Assembly (NCBI GenBank): GCA_973895155.1
Contig: OZ316891.1
Location: 17,730,095-17,794,094 of the forward strand
Source: Marsupella aquatica
Lineage: Eukaryota; Plantae; Marchantiophyta
Direction of reading: 5' to 3'
Length of the DNA: 64,000 nucleotides
This document shows positions 1 to 12,270 of this stretch, piece by piece. Every line of letters starts with the position of its first letter. Positions within the stretch are counted from its first letter, which is position 1. A model generated the notes under the pieces. It did not search any database. It had not been told where the DNA came from and saw nothing but the letters and a program-made list of their open reading frames with translations. The translations under genes were made by a program, and so were the position numbers.

Positions 1-1290
1 ATTTTATCTGTGGCTGATATAACAAAACTTGGTCACCATTTTGAACGACCCACAATTGTATAGCTTGTGCTTCGTCAGAGCAGTAATCCGGTTGCCGACG
101 TCGCATAGAATCCCTGACTGTTTGGACATCTCGCGGAGTAAGCTGCATGTCCCTGGACATGATCACATCTGCATCCTCGTCCGGGTGATCTTTCCGCCAT
201 CTTGTAAGAATCTCTTCAAAGTGAGCATCAACAATTGCCTTGGCTGTCAAACCTGCCCTCAGGTACCGTTCTATTTTAGTCCGTAGCTTCAATGAAATTC
301 TGGGGGCTATGTGTGCATTTGCTTCAAATGCAGTGGGATCCTGCAGGCCATGGCAAACCAAATTCTGTCTGTCCAAATGATCTTTGCGGATCCATCTGAT
401 CAATAGAGCCCCTGGACGATCCTCAAATTTGGTAGAAGTAAATGAACATCTGCATCCACGACGGACAAACATCCCTGCATGCAGGACAGGAAAACAACCC
501 AACAAAAAGCGTGTTATAGTGAAACGCTGATGGACAAAAATGAGCAGAATGAAATGAATGAAAAAAGTGGAGTGATTATAATTCAAGTCACCTGTTAATG
601 TTTTTCTCTTTAGAAAAACGCCTGCCTCCTGTGATTTCAGTTTATCAGGGACCTTCGTTGATTTCCAGCCTCGGTAATCTTCCGGACCAAAGCAGCAGCA
701 ATATAAAGTTGTGGTCTTCACCAAAGGGCCAGTTTTGTAGATTCGGTTCTCCACCATATGTCGGGTGGTGAACTGAGTGTGGAAATTATCTCGCATGTTC
801 TCCCCCCATATAAAATCTGTAAGCCGAGCCTCAGGAATCCAAGCGTAATCCTCTTTCGATCCAAACCATTGAAGAGCAGTATATTCGAATTCCCCGGGAG
901 GCGGAATCTGAATTCTATCACATGTTGAGTAGGTACAGTGGCTTCTGCGTATGGCAGGACATTTCCGTGGAAGGGGGTCGAGCTCAATTTCTGCATCGTC
1001 ATCGAAATTCAGGTCCCGCACATGTTCTTCAATGCCATCCAGTGCATGTTGCACAACATTTTCCGATCTTGCGACCTTAAATTCATGGAGCCCGCTGTCA
1101 AATGTGTGTACCGGCAGAGATTCCCTTCCATTGTTGAAGGCGACCATCCTCTCCTGCAAAAAAGCATCGGACATTGGCATAGGCCCAGTATGGGGTTCAG
1201 TGCTTCCATTGCGCACGACTTCCCGCTGTGCATGTGTTGACGCAGATGTCGTAGACATCGATGAAACCAGTCGAGTCTTCTCAAAAGTTA
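1..1290 (-). pseudogene. Mutator-type/SWIM-family transposase-like gene (At4g13970/At1g60560-like), frameshifted, running off the left edge
   Basis: Minus-strand translation gives LYCCCFGPEDY (family: YWCSFGPDD), an intron with AG|GTGAC donor at 592/591, then RRGCRCSF..HLDRQNLVCHGLQD..HIAPRIS..SRDMQLTPRDV..DEAQAIQLWV, matching recalled family motifs in order. There are frameshifts and the 5' boundary is approximate. Confidence 0.65.
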
Positions 1291-4200
1291 GCACGAGGCA
1301 ACTGCATGCGGCACACAGGGAACACGAATGATAAACTGGAATGAGCCAAACATTCCATTCCTCATGCGGAAATGTGCATGCTGTGGCAGAGAATGTGCAG
1401 GAGGCTACATTCCACCACCACATGGAACTGTGCAGAGTACACACACGTTCGCTGCCATTCCAATCCCGCTCAAAACAAAGTATACTCATGTTTGAATGCG
1501 TACACACTGGTGGTCAAATTTTGACAAAGTATGATTCCATGTACATACAACTTGGACAAGGGGGGCGACTGTGTCGAAGGTAGCAGCCCACGAGGACTTG
1601 GGGTGCGGGCGGGCGAGTGAACTGGGCCCGGAATGCCTTGCGAAGGGGATAGGGACAGCCCGGTCTGGCCCTTGGGAACAGGTGCGCTGACTCACCGAAT
1701 GGCAAGGGACACGCTGCCCGAAAACCTCACTGACTCCCCAAACTCGTAATCACATGTAAGTAGGCTCGCGTTACTGTAATCCGTCCTGCCTCGATGCATT
1801 AATGTGCATCGAGACTGGCGATCGCGCTGAATTGCTGCTCTTTCTTTCAGTTTTCATGTAATCAAAGCAAGCTCTTTCGTCATGGATCAGGTTACAGGTT
1901 TTTATCTATACAAGGCAGCTCCACTATCCATCTTTAGGTCATAAATAGAGATTACGCCCCTAATCAAAGATTTCATTCTTGATTAATAAAATTCTTAAAG
2001 AATTGGACACTGTAGGTTTGAGATATATTTATGTGGTATAATGATCACTTATTGACAATCCGTATACATAGCCTGACACCCTCTTCTGGGGCATAGTGGG
2101 CTATAATGTCCCCAGACAAGGGCTTTGGCCTAAGGTTAGAGGGGCTGTTAATGTCCCATATTGCCTTGCTAACAAGGAATAAATGCACTTTCATCAGTGA
2201 AGTATGTGTCACACTTATTGCACTTAGTCATTTCTCTTTGTAATGTGCAAGACATTTACGAAGAAGAATGCACAGTCAAGATCTGGGTCAGTTAATTCTG
2301 AAAATTCTCCTTTATTTGTACTGAACTTAGAAAAAATTAAAACTCTCTCCAAGAATTTAAGTGTATTAATATTTTATGAAGATATTAGGGTGACAGTATA
2401 TCAAAAATCGGGCCACAGATATTATCTTGCAGGCACAATGCCCTACAAACAGGACTTTATTATCTAAGGCTCTTTTCTTCATGTACCCACACCACCAAAG
2501 CAAATGAAGATGTTGCTGTTTACCAGGAGAGAAGTACTTTACAGTGATGATTTTACCAATTACCAAGGGACAAATAGAGAACAAATCTAAAAAATACACA
2601 CCTATAGCCACCACTGATGGGAGTTTTGTTTAGTGAAGTATAGAAAAATACCACTGAAAACTGTTCTCTGAATACTTGTTTTTGGAAATGATCCAAATAA
2701 AATATAAATCACACTGCCAAAAAGACAGTAATGCCAAACGGGAGACATGATCCCAAGGCAAAAGAACCCAATAAAGTGGGGGAGGTGGGAAGGAGACCAT
2801 CAAAAGGCCTAAAGTCTTTGACATCCAGATACACTTCCGATGAGCATATGTTGCATGCGGGCCATCATACTTAATATAGAGTATTGGTGAACTGTTTCTT
2901 TTTGCTTCTGAAAAATCATTTGAATGTCAATTAAAAAATCACACAATGAAAGAGGAATATTGCTGAAGCTTGTAAGTGCAAGTTGTGACCTGTTTCCAAA
3001 TGTAGGTTTTGGTAGGATGAACCTCTATCCCAATCACCCTGAACTTGAAAGTTTTCAAGATTGGACTATACGAATGTATCTTTTAGTTACTATCTTTAAG
3101 TATATAACACACTGCCAAAGGGAGACATGATCTTAAATGGCAATGCAGCCCAATGAAGAGAAGAGTCCAATCCTTACCTGTTTCACAGAAAAGGTAGAGG
3201 TGAGATTTTGCATGATTCCTGGGTTGGCTGGATTGACCTGAAAGTCTAGATCAATGTGGTCTATATAGTCTAAAAGATATGAACAGAAATGCTGCTCGGA
3301 GATCTCTTTTAAGGAACATGTTTAATTATGGAAGAAGTTCATGTCATCTACATGACATATAGGTTGCACATACACATAGTTGCACAACATACATTGTCTG
3401 TCACCCACATCCAAACATAATCATAATTCTACAACACAAACATAAGAGAATGAAGTACAAATGAAATACATGTTCGCACATGCCCAAAATGGGGCCCAAA
3501 ACCCACAATAAATCTTCAATAGTGCAAATAAAATAACAATCAGTGCCGATCCAACAATGATCATGCTTGATGTGATCACACATTTATGGCAGTTTGGTCT
3601 TCCTGAGTGTTTTTCTTGTTTTCTCCCCTTGATTGTGTTTCGGGTTTTATGATCCTTCGGTTTGGTGCTCTTTGTTCTTTGGCATGGTGATGAGTATAGT
3701 ATGCTTGTTTCACCTATCCCGTTTGAAAAGCTTTCCATACTTTTTAAAGAGGCAAGCCCTACAGGAGTCATGGGACCACATAATTGCCCACACAATTGGC
3801 CCCCATAAACCCTCAAATTACTTTCAATATTATAAGTGTTTGTACTTATGTTAGTACTTTGTAAATAAAGTGTTCATCTTCTTTGCTCATCTTCTTAATC
3901 TTACTAAGTGCACTTCTCATAAATATTTTGAATGAGACTGCTATATGGCTGGACACCTTCTCCCTATCTTGTCTTATAGAAGAGATTGTTAAGTATATTA
4001 ATATACATATGGTCTAGTCTATGCTCTCACTTTGTATTAATTTGAGTTTAGCTATTTCTCCTACCCTTCTAAATTTTTAATTCCTTAGTTTTTATTAGGT
4101 ATGTTAGAAATATATATTTATACACTAAAGTTTTAATTTGACTTAACAATTTTTCCTAAATACCTATGTTATTAGGTGACAAGGTTCACCTCACCAGGCC

Positions 4201-4503
4201 CAAACATGGACACAACCAAACAATGCACTATAACTTATATATCTATTGGTTAGTTTTTTAAGAATGTTTATGGTTTGCCCAAAGAGGCATGATTTTGTGA
4301 TAGCTCACTTGAGTAGAGACTTATAGGTCTTAGGTTCAACTATTTTAGGTTCAACTATTGTGGCTGACTCTTCCCTTTCTGTGGGGTTTCACAAATTCCC
4401 CAAAAAAAACAATAAAAAAAAATTTATGGTTTATACTTTACTAGGTGTCACCTAATAGAGAGACTCTCAAACTGGATACTATACCCCTAATGTACATTGA
4501 TTT

Positions 4504-4803
4504 TGTTAGGAATTGACTTGAGTTCCCAACTTCTAGTTAGTTTGGCATTACTAGGGTTAGTTAACCTTTATGTACATTAGGATAAAATCCACTTAGATTA
4601 GGCCCACACATCTTGCCCCCTTGGGGGGTATAGGTCCTGGTATAGGCTGGAGATTCTTCAAATGTACTTTTGCATGAGCTTTGGATCCTTCAAGAGTTTC
4701 TCCATTGTGGTGTCTTGTTGGGGGAGTGTGAGATTGAGTGTTCTCATGTTCCACATTGGTGTCCAGTCCGGAGCCAAAGATTTTCTACAAGTGGTATCAG
4801 AGC
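4504..4803 (+). mobile_element. Putative 5' LTR plus tRNA-iMet primer-binding site of a decayed LTR retrotransposon
   Basis: TGTTAGG at 4504 to TTCTACA at 4789, followed after 2 nt by the canonical PBS TGGTATCAGAGC (4792-4803). The LTR start is uncertain and no downstream ORF is recognisable. Confidence 0.45.
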
Positions 4804-5013
4804 ATTGTGTGCAACATTTGGTTGCCTAGACATTGGTGAGAGTATTCTCTTGTTAAATCAAGGCGGCAAATTGGATGATTGTCGACAAGCGTACGATCAT
4901 GTCACTAATCATTTGCATTGGAGGTTTTGTGTTGGAATAGGTGATGCTATCCCGATCAAAACTTCAATGGAAGTGTCAAGCTCAGGGGGATCAATCCAAG
5001 GGGTGTCCCATAT

Positions 5014-5202
5014 CACGCGCAAAGTTTTGGGAGAATAAACACCCTAAAACTTAAGTCAATAAAGTATTTGAGATGAATTTTTAAAAACCCAATGATTCTT
5101 ATAATTCTCAAACTAGATTACAATAACCCTAATGTTGTTCAACAAAAATTTAAATGTCTTTCACTAAACCCAATATTAAAATGTTATACTAATTCGCGCG
5201 TG
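5014..5202. mobile_element. Small AT-rich MITE with CACGCGC(A/G)AA termini and AT flanks
   Basis: at|CACGCGCAAA ... TTCGCGCGTG|at with an AT-rich interior; termini resemble the insertion at 32362-32592. Confidence 0.5.
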
Positions 5203-5474
5203 ATGGGTTGAAAGAAAAGAAGTGAGGACCTCAGATGTGTTCACTGTGCTTCTAAAGGTACTGTTCGGTGGATAATCCTTCAATCTCTTGTGCACATCTA
5301 TGTGTACTAAGTTTTGGTGGAGATCTCATTGTTTTTCATCATACAAGTGTGGAGCAATGTTGTTTGAGGCAACATTGGGCTAGAAAAGCAAAATGTTTCT
5401 GGTGGCGGCCACAACTGTGAGTTGCATGATGCAGCTATATTAACTCATTGATTAGGGCACAAATCAAAGTTTGG

Positions 5475-5777
5475 TGTTGACACTCGGGGGGTTGACTATC
5501 AAAAATCTTAGGAACCACGTGCGATCCAAAATAAGTATTTTTGATAGAAATTAACTAAATTTTTAAAAAACGTAGGAGGCAAAAGAAGGTATTATAAACT
5601 CATGTTTAGAGAATATTCTCTAATATATAATTTTTATAAAATAAAATAGGTTATTAATATTGAAAATGGAAAATATTCTTGGAATATTTTCTTTATAAAA
5701 TAGGTCTATTTATATTAGACTAGGATCGCACGTGGTACCCCAAAATATACACTTAGTTAACCCCCCGAGTGTTGACA
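5475..5777. mobile_element. MITE with nested inverted repeats
   Basis: TIR CTCGGGGGGTT(G/A)ACTA at 5483 and 5769, flanked by the direct repeat TGTTGACA (5475-5482, 5770-5777); inner IR ACCACGTGCGATCC / GGATCGCACGTGGT; very AT-rich core. Confidence 0.65.
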
Positions 5778-7749
5778 TTGGAAGATTGGTTAATTATGAG
5801 ATAGCTTTCATCGTTTCAATTCCAACGGTGTAAAGTGGAGATCAAACCGAGCTCCGGTTATGGAGTTATGTTTCATCAAAGTTCCTTCCGTTTGTGATAC
5901 AAAAGCCGGGTACAAAAGAAGTGGCGCACATTGTGAAGGACGCTTTTCTACACTTGGATTGTGAAAGCTTGTGTAGAACCTTGACTTGTTGGGGCCACAA
6001 AGGCCTAGACAAACAGGTTTTCATGCATTTTATCTTGAGGTGGCAAAGTCTTTCTATGCAAGACTCGCATATAAGTTTTGGTTTGTTTGACCAAATAGGG
6101 CTTGGACAAATGGTTTGAATAATCTTTCTTGAGGTGGCGGAGACCTGTTTCTACACAAGGGTCATGTAGAGCTCACCCCCTACACGAGAGTTGTGTAGAA
6201 ATGTGACCAGTTTCATGTTTTGGTACTATTCCTGTAATTCAACGGGGCAAACAAGTTTTGTTTTTTGAGATTTTTTGCACAAGTGTTCCTAGGGGAGTAG
6301 GGAAGGGGCCTGAAAAACTGGTTAAGAAAACATATGTGTGGAAGTTTTTCTTAAAACCGTTTCTCTCAAGGGGCCCAAAATGATGTTTTAACCCCTTGCA
6401 TTGAACATTTAATAACTCCCTGCTCAAGTGTCCATTTGAAGAGCCGCTTGGTGTTTTGAAAATCTGACATGTCATGAACTCCAACTTGCACTAAAAGCCA
6501 TCATGTACATGTCATTTTTTGAGTAAATAGACAGAAAAATGATGTAAAATGCTAGCCCTCAATTGAGTACAAATCATGATCTTCTCTTCTTCTTGTGACA
6601 TTCCATCACCTTTATATCTATTTCTTTGCAGACTTTTGAGTGGCAATTGCCACTAATATAGGCTTTTTTTTGTTCCACTTGACATAGTTTGGATCATCCA
6701 CTTTTGGGCACTTATAATCTGAACATTAGGGTTTTTAATATCAAAATTTGGAAGGCAAAGCCTAGAACTGTTGTACATGCTCAACCCATTGATAGACAAT
6801 AGTGGTGATCCTGCTCCAAGGTTGTCTGACAAGCCTTGCCTTCCAATCTCTCAATTCATATTTTGTCAAGCCAACACGCCTTCCCCGCAATGTCCATTCT
6901 TGCTCAATCTTGCTTGCACAAATTGCTCAATCTCACCTCCGTAAAGCCTGACTTCTTGTAAAATTTCACTTTCTCTAGAGGCTGTCGGACAGCCCTCGAG
7001 TGGTGGACCTTGCCACCCAACGCCCTCACCAATCCCAACACCCTCTCCTAAATGCCCTTGGTGCCCAAACGCCTACACCAAACTTCTTGAGCAAGCAACT
7101 TGGTTCCTCTTGCACCTCCAGCGGCAACTCCCATACACAGCCGCACTTGCTCCCTAACACGACCGCCGTTCAATGGTCCTCATTGTTTGCACAAGCAACA
7201 AACACCTCGATAAGTAACCCGTAGGATCTAGGAACTCCAAGTCTAGTATTCTAACTCAAGCTCACTAGACATTGGTAAGTAGGTCAGTGAATAGAACTTG
7301 TCCGGCCCGCATGGGCTTCCCATAAGCGGGAGCCATAACCGACACCCATTGTTCATCCAAAATAGCTCCTCTTTGGGTGCCGCCCATGCTTCCCCACTTT
7401 CTATCCATCATTGGCTGACTGACATATCCCTAGTACATGTTTATGGCCCAAATAACGTAGCTTGTTCCAGAGTTTTTCTTAAAATACCAAGACCAGATTG
7501 GCCCCAACTCTAGCAACCAACTCCAATGTTCCCACCCAACTGATAGTCTAGGGGTCAAGTGCATTTGGAACTCAACCTCCATACCTACTCTACTTTTTTT
7601 CCCCAAAACCCCAATTTAAGGAATACTGAAGTATTAGATTAATTCCAGTTTTATCTAAATATTATTAGTTAATGAATGATCAACCTCTTTAACATTTGTT
7701 GGGATACTCAAAAACACGACTTGGTTGTTGTTTTGTCGGGATTTGGCAA

Positions 7750-10700
7750 GCAAGCAAGATAGCCCTTGCAAACCCCAAGAATCCATGACACCCCCAGACT
7801 CCCCAAGAGCTTTCCAATTCATCCAAGAAGTATTCCATCGGACTTCACATTGAGAAATTATCGTCATTTCTGTTTGATATTTCTTAGTGTCACAACCACC
7901 GCGGCTCAAGACTTGGGCTCATCATTGGCCCCCAGGGAGATACCACTCCCCTCATATATGCTTCTAAAGACTTGTCACCCTTTGACCGGCTTTGGTCCCC
8001 TATATTTGATCCTCAACCTGGACTCCAACTTGCACACATGGACATGTAACTAACTTGCTATGCCCATAAATATTGGCTAGACGTCCATAAGCAGAGTGCC
8101 TTAGCCCGTTGTGACCCGGCCAACCTAGTGCTCGTGCCTAGGCCTTGAGAACCCATCGTCAATCAAGGTTCCCAAATGGTCACGTTGTATCTCATGCACC
8201 AAACGTCCGTTGTGCATGAAGTAAACTTCATTAGCCTTGGGCCCAAGAGGAGCTGTCACTCAAGCCCTCAAAACTCAAAGTCTGTATGGGGTCTGGATGG
8301 TTCTCTTGAGTTTGACCCTTCCCATGACCCAACCAGCTCCAAGCTAGTCTAAGTCCTTAGTGTGTGTCACCAGCTTAGCGTCTTGCCCTTGCTAGTCAAC
8401 GCCTTGTTGCGAACTAGTCTCCCCATAATTAGTCCCCTCCAGATGATCATTCCGGAGGCTTGGACCATAGAGGGGCTTGGCGTCAGAGTCAGCAACGCCG
8501 GAGCTAAGTGTTAAGGTAGTTGAGTTCCGCAACTCCTCCCTTTAGATCTCTGCCCACATTTTGTCAAGCCCAATAGGGTAAAGCAACACAAGAGAACATG
8601 AATTAAATGAAATTAAGCACAATAATGAGAAACAAAAATGGCACCCAATAGGTTTTGTAAAGGGCAAGCACACCTGAATTTCAAATTTCCTTTCTGCTTT
8701 GCATGCAATTAGCACAATGTATTTAATTAAACACGGAGGCTGGGGGGAAGTGGACTATGGTGCTTGCGTGCTCCAATGTACGCTGCCCTAAACCCTTCCT
8801 ATGAAGTGTGTATACAATGCACACAAAGTATTCCCACAAGTAGAAGGGCCAAGGGTTGCGGAGCATTCGTGCTCCAATGCGGGTCAAGTCATCCCAACAT
8901 TGCACAATTACCATTTGCCATTTTAGGACCAATCACGATGATACAAAGGTACATGGGAAGCCCAACTGTACATGGTAGAGCACCTCACAAGAACATGGCT
9001 ATACAAACTTGTGCACGGAGTGGGCCTAGAAATCCACTGAGAGAGAATATGAACGAGAGAGTCAAGTTCTCTCGGGAGTTTGGTCCACTAAGCAAGTTGG
9101 TCCACTAAGTTGATGTTGGGAGTCAAGTTGGTCCACTAAGTTGCAAGCTAAGTTGTTTTTGAAAAATGATCTTAAAGAAAATGGAGCCATTAGACCAGTT
9201 TACTCCAGGGGCCAGAACACACAAGAACCAAAAGCCAAAGAGTCAAAAACTACCCAAAGAAGCCTAAAATTGTCTCAACACACCAGTGTGACATGCAGGA
9301 TGGAGGCAAGGTTAGCCACCCAAAACAAAACAAAAACAGTCAAGTCACAAGGCCTAGAGCACTCCCAAAAGAGTATGTGGCAGTCACACTGACAAGAGCA
9401 AGCATTACAAACCAAAATGAAACCAGTGGAAGAGCAAGTTCACAACATTGCTCTTTCAGTTGACATCGAAGTGAGTTTGGTGGTAGTCTGACTCAACTGT
9501 CTAGCGTTTTGCACACACCGAGTAAGTTGAAGCATAGCTTGAACATTCACAATAGTTCCCTGGAAATGAGTTGCAATGGGAACTGGGCACTATTAGCTTA
9601 AATGTGCATTGGCCACAGTCAATCCAGATGTTACAAAGCATCTCATGAATTAGAAGAAGCAAGCCAAGATTACATTTTTGGGACCAAATAGCAGTATTAA
9701 TCTTGCCAAATAATGAGTAGCCTGCAGCCTTGTTCATACTAGGGGGCACTGCAGCATGCTCTAGTTGAGTCCATTAGGGTTGAAGCCATGGGCAAAAATA
9801 GAACGTATGTTCAATCATTTCAGTGTCCCCCCTCCCAACCACGGGGGTCTGGAAGGCGAGAGGGTCCATGAAATATTCTCGCACGAACAACCCTCCGGAG
9901 CCCTTGATATGCCGTGCACAGTCCACCACTCACATCCCCGCTCACATCCCATTGAAGAGCATGTGAATTGGAGAAAAAACTACCTTGAAGCAACCTTCCA
10001 AAAATCAAGTTTAACCCTAGTAGGAGAGGACAATCCTTTCCAGTGATGAATCCACCATGTCCTCCATATCACATGAGAATCAATAGAGAACCACAGGCAA
10101 TTGAGTTGGAGAGTGGAAGGTGGAGGCTGTAGCTATAGAATGGCCCAAGTTCAAATGGCTGTATAGCTAAGCCCCCTTTGTCATATGATCCACTAAGTAT
10201 ATCTCTCTTAGTTTGCCCTGAACCTGACAGTATTGCTTAGGGGAGACAATGCAATGGTAGACAACAACTGGTGTATTGTAGTCAGTTGCATAAGCTCTAC
10301 ATGCAAGAGCAAAGAGTCGTTGGGAATCTGTTACAACGATGTCAAGTTGTAGAGTCAGGTTAAAGCAGTCTTTAGATAAGGAAACACAATGAAATCATTT
10401 TTTGCCTTAGTTAGAGAGTGGTGAAGGTAATTCTCTACTAACCTTGTTATTTTACAAGAGGTGTGAGATTTATTTATCCTAGCTACAAGTCACAGTGTTT
10501 CTTCCCAATACAAGGAATTTATAGACACACATTGCTGATTTATTATTGGTCAACAATAGCACTAACAAAGAGTTAGGCCATATCAAATAGACATAGAACC
10601 GGGGAAAGAGTGCCATCCACTATGTAGTCAAACCCATGCCTATCTAATTTGCACACTGCACAATCATGACTTTTTTAGTACAGATTGTTAGATTAGAGCA

Positions 10701-11050
10701 ATTAAAGTCAGTGGTGAAACCTGCACCAGCACACACACCCATCTCATCAACAGTGGACTATTGACAAGCCACTCCTTAGGGGGGCTTTCCAATAACAAGC
10801 GGATGGAAAGTGCTACATTTTCCTAAACAAAACAAGTGGACAACTAGAGCTTCCAGGTCTATGATAAATGGAGGGGCCTATGTGTTGATTGCAATCAATG
10901 CATTCAAAGGGATTTAACCTACAAAAGTTTAGACCACCTCTTGAGGTGGTCTTAATTTTGGCCACAAAGAAGGGAACAAGGCACCATTCTTCCATTACTC
11001 ATTAGGACCCACCAGCTGCCATGTGGGTTTGGGTATACTAGTGTTAAAGT
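7750..11050 (-). pseudogene. Highly degenerate Ty3/Gypsy pol remnants
   Basis: Fragmentary minus-strand motifs: SSSCPLVLFRK (SP.SSPVVLV.K-like, about 10830), LKTALT (RT-RH linker-like, about 10360), YSLFGKIN (FSKID-like, about 9700), IKYRGP (GPY/F-like, about 8000). Many stops; boundaries and element number unclear. Confidence 0.35.
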
Positions 11051-11399
11051 GGCTGCCAAAAGTCTTCTATAGTCAAGAATGGCCAGCCACCTTAGATAAC
11101 CACTTGGGATGACATCTCAGTCTAGTGAAGGATGACTTGTATGTCCCCTCATTTTTGTAAGGGCCCCCTTACATCAGCATAGCAATAATATTGGCAAATG
11201 CTACTCAACTCAACATCTTTGGCTCTGGCAAACTGTTGCTCGTCTCCCACACTAGCTACTGTGTTTTATACGCCATCAATCCCACAATCACTTAAGTTTA
11301 CAAAGCGGATTGGTCCTTTCTATAGTTGGAAGTGTCATCGATGCTACAATAACATTACTCATATCCAAGTTCTTGCCAAAACAGGTACACAAAGTGGTA

Positions 11400-12270
11400 T
11401 GTTGTGCGCATACACATCGCTACACAACATACATCGCTTGTCACATACATCCAAACACAGTCACACTGTCACATCACAAACACAAGAGAATGGAATACAA
11501 GTGGAACTCATGTCCACACATGTCCAAAACCCACAATAAATCTCAATCTGAATCAAACCACGATTGAAGTCAATCAAACATCCGACCCCGCCCAAAATGA
11601 TCACATACAGATATTGAGCCAAATGCACCTCGCACTTCAAGGAATCTTGTCGTGCGCATACACATCGCTACACAACATACATCTAGACATAGTCACACTG
11701 CCACATCACAAACACAAGAGAATGGAATACAAGTGGAACTCATGTCCACACATGTCCAAAACTCACAATAATCTTCTCAACAATCGGCACAACGATCCCG
11801 GTCAATCCGATCACACACATATGTCGAGCCAATGCACCTTGCACTCAAGGGATCCACACTACATAGAGAGAGCTCTCAGCCACCATAGCCACCACACAAG
11901 CTCCCCTCTCCAAGGCTCAACATTGAAAGATAACCTTTCAATGCCTCACAAGAGAGAACTACCCTCTCACACAAACCTAACGGAACCTTATCGGCTCATA
12001 TAGCACACATACCAAACATACGGATCTAGATAGTACGATACACTCTAACACTACCTAGAATGGTGTGACAATCTACGTTACATATACACAAAACTGGCCA
12101 GCTCATGCTCAAAGGCTCATCGTCAAAGAAGTGAGGCCTTTGAGCCACAACAAAGGGATAACTATCCCTCACAATCGTGACCTGAACCCTATCTGCTCAT
12201 ATAGCACACACATGAAACATATAAACCTAGATAGCACAATACACTCTAATACTACCTAGAATGGTGTGAC
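11400..12270. repeat. LTR-like repeat region: two copies of an about 250-bp CA-rich unit plus two about 90-bp direct repeats ending GAATGGTGTGACA
   Basis: GTGCGCATACACATCGCTACACAACATAC..CACAAACACAAGAGAATGGAATACAAGTGG at about 11404 and 11652, with a diverged copy at about 3365-3520; ACTACCTAGAATGGTGTGACA ends at about 12070 and 12271. Confidence 0.5.

Noticed and set aside
2079-2122. Short hairpin as a Helitron 3' end
   Set aside because: No CTRR terminus at the expected distance and no other Helitron evidence.
11404-12003. 199-aa His/Thr-rich ORF
   Set aside because: It arises from a CA-rich duplicated repeat and has no domain signature.
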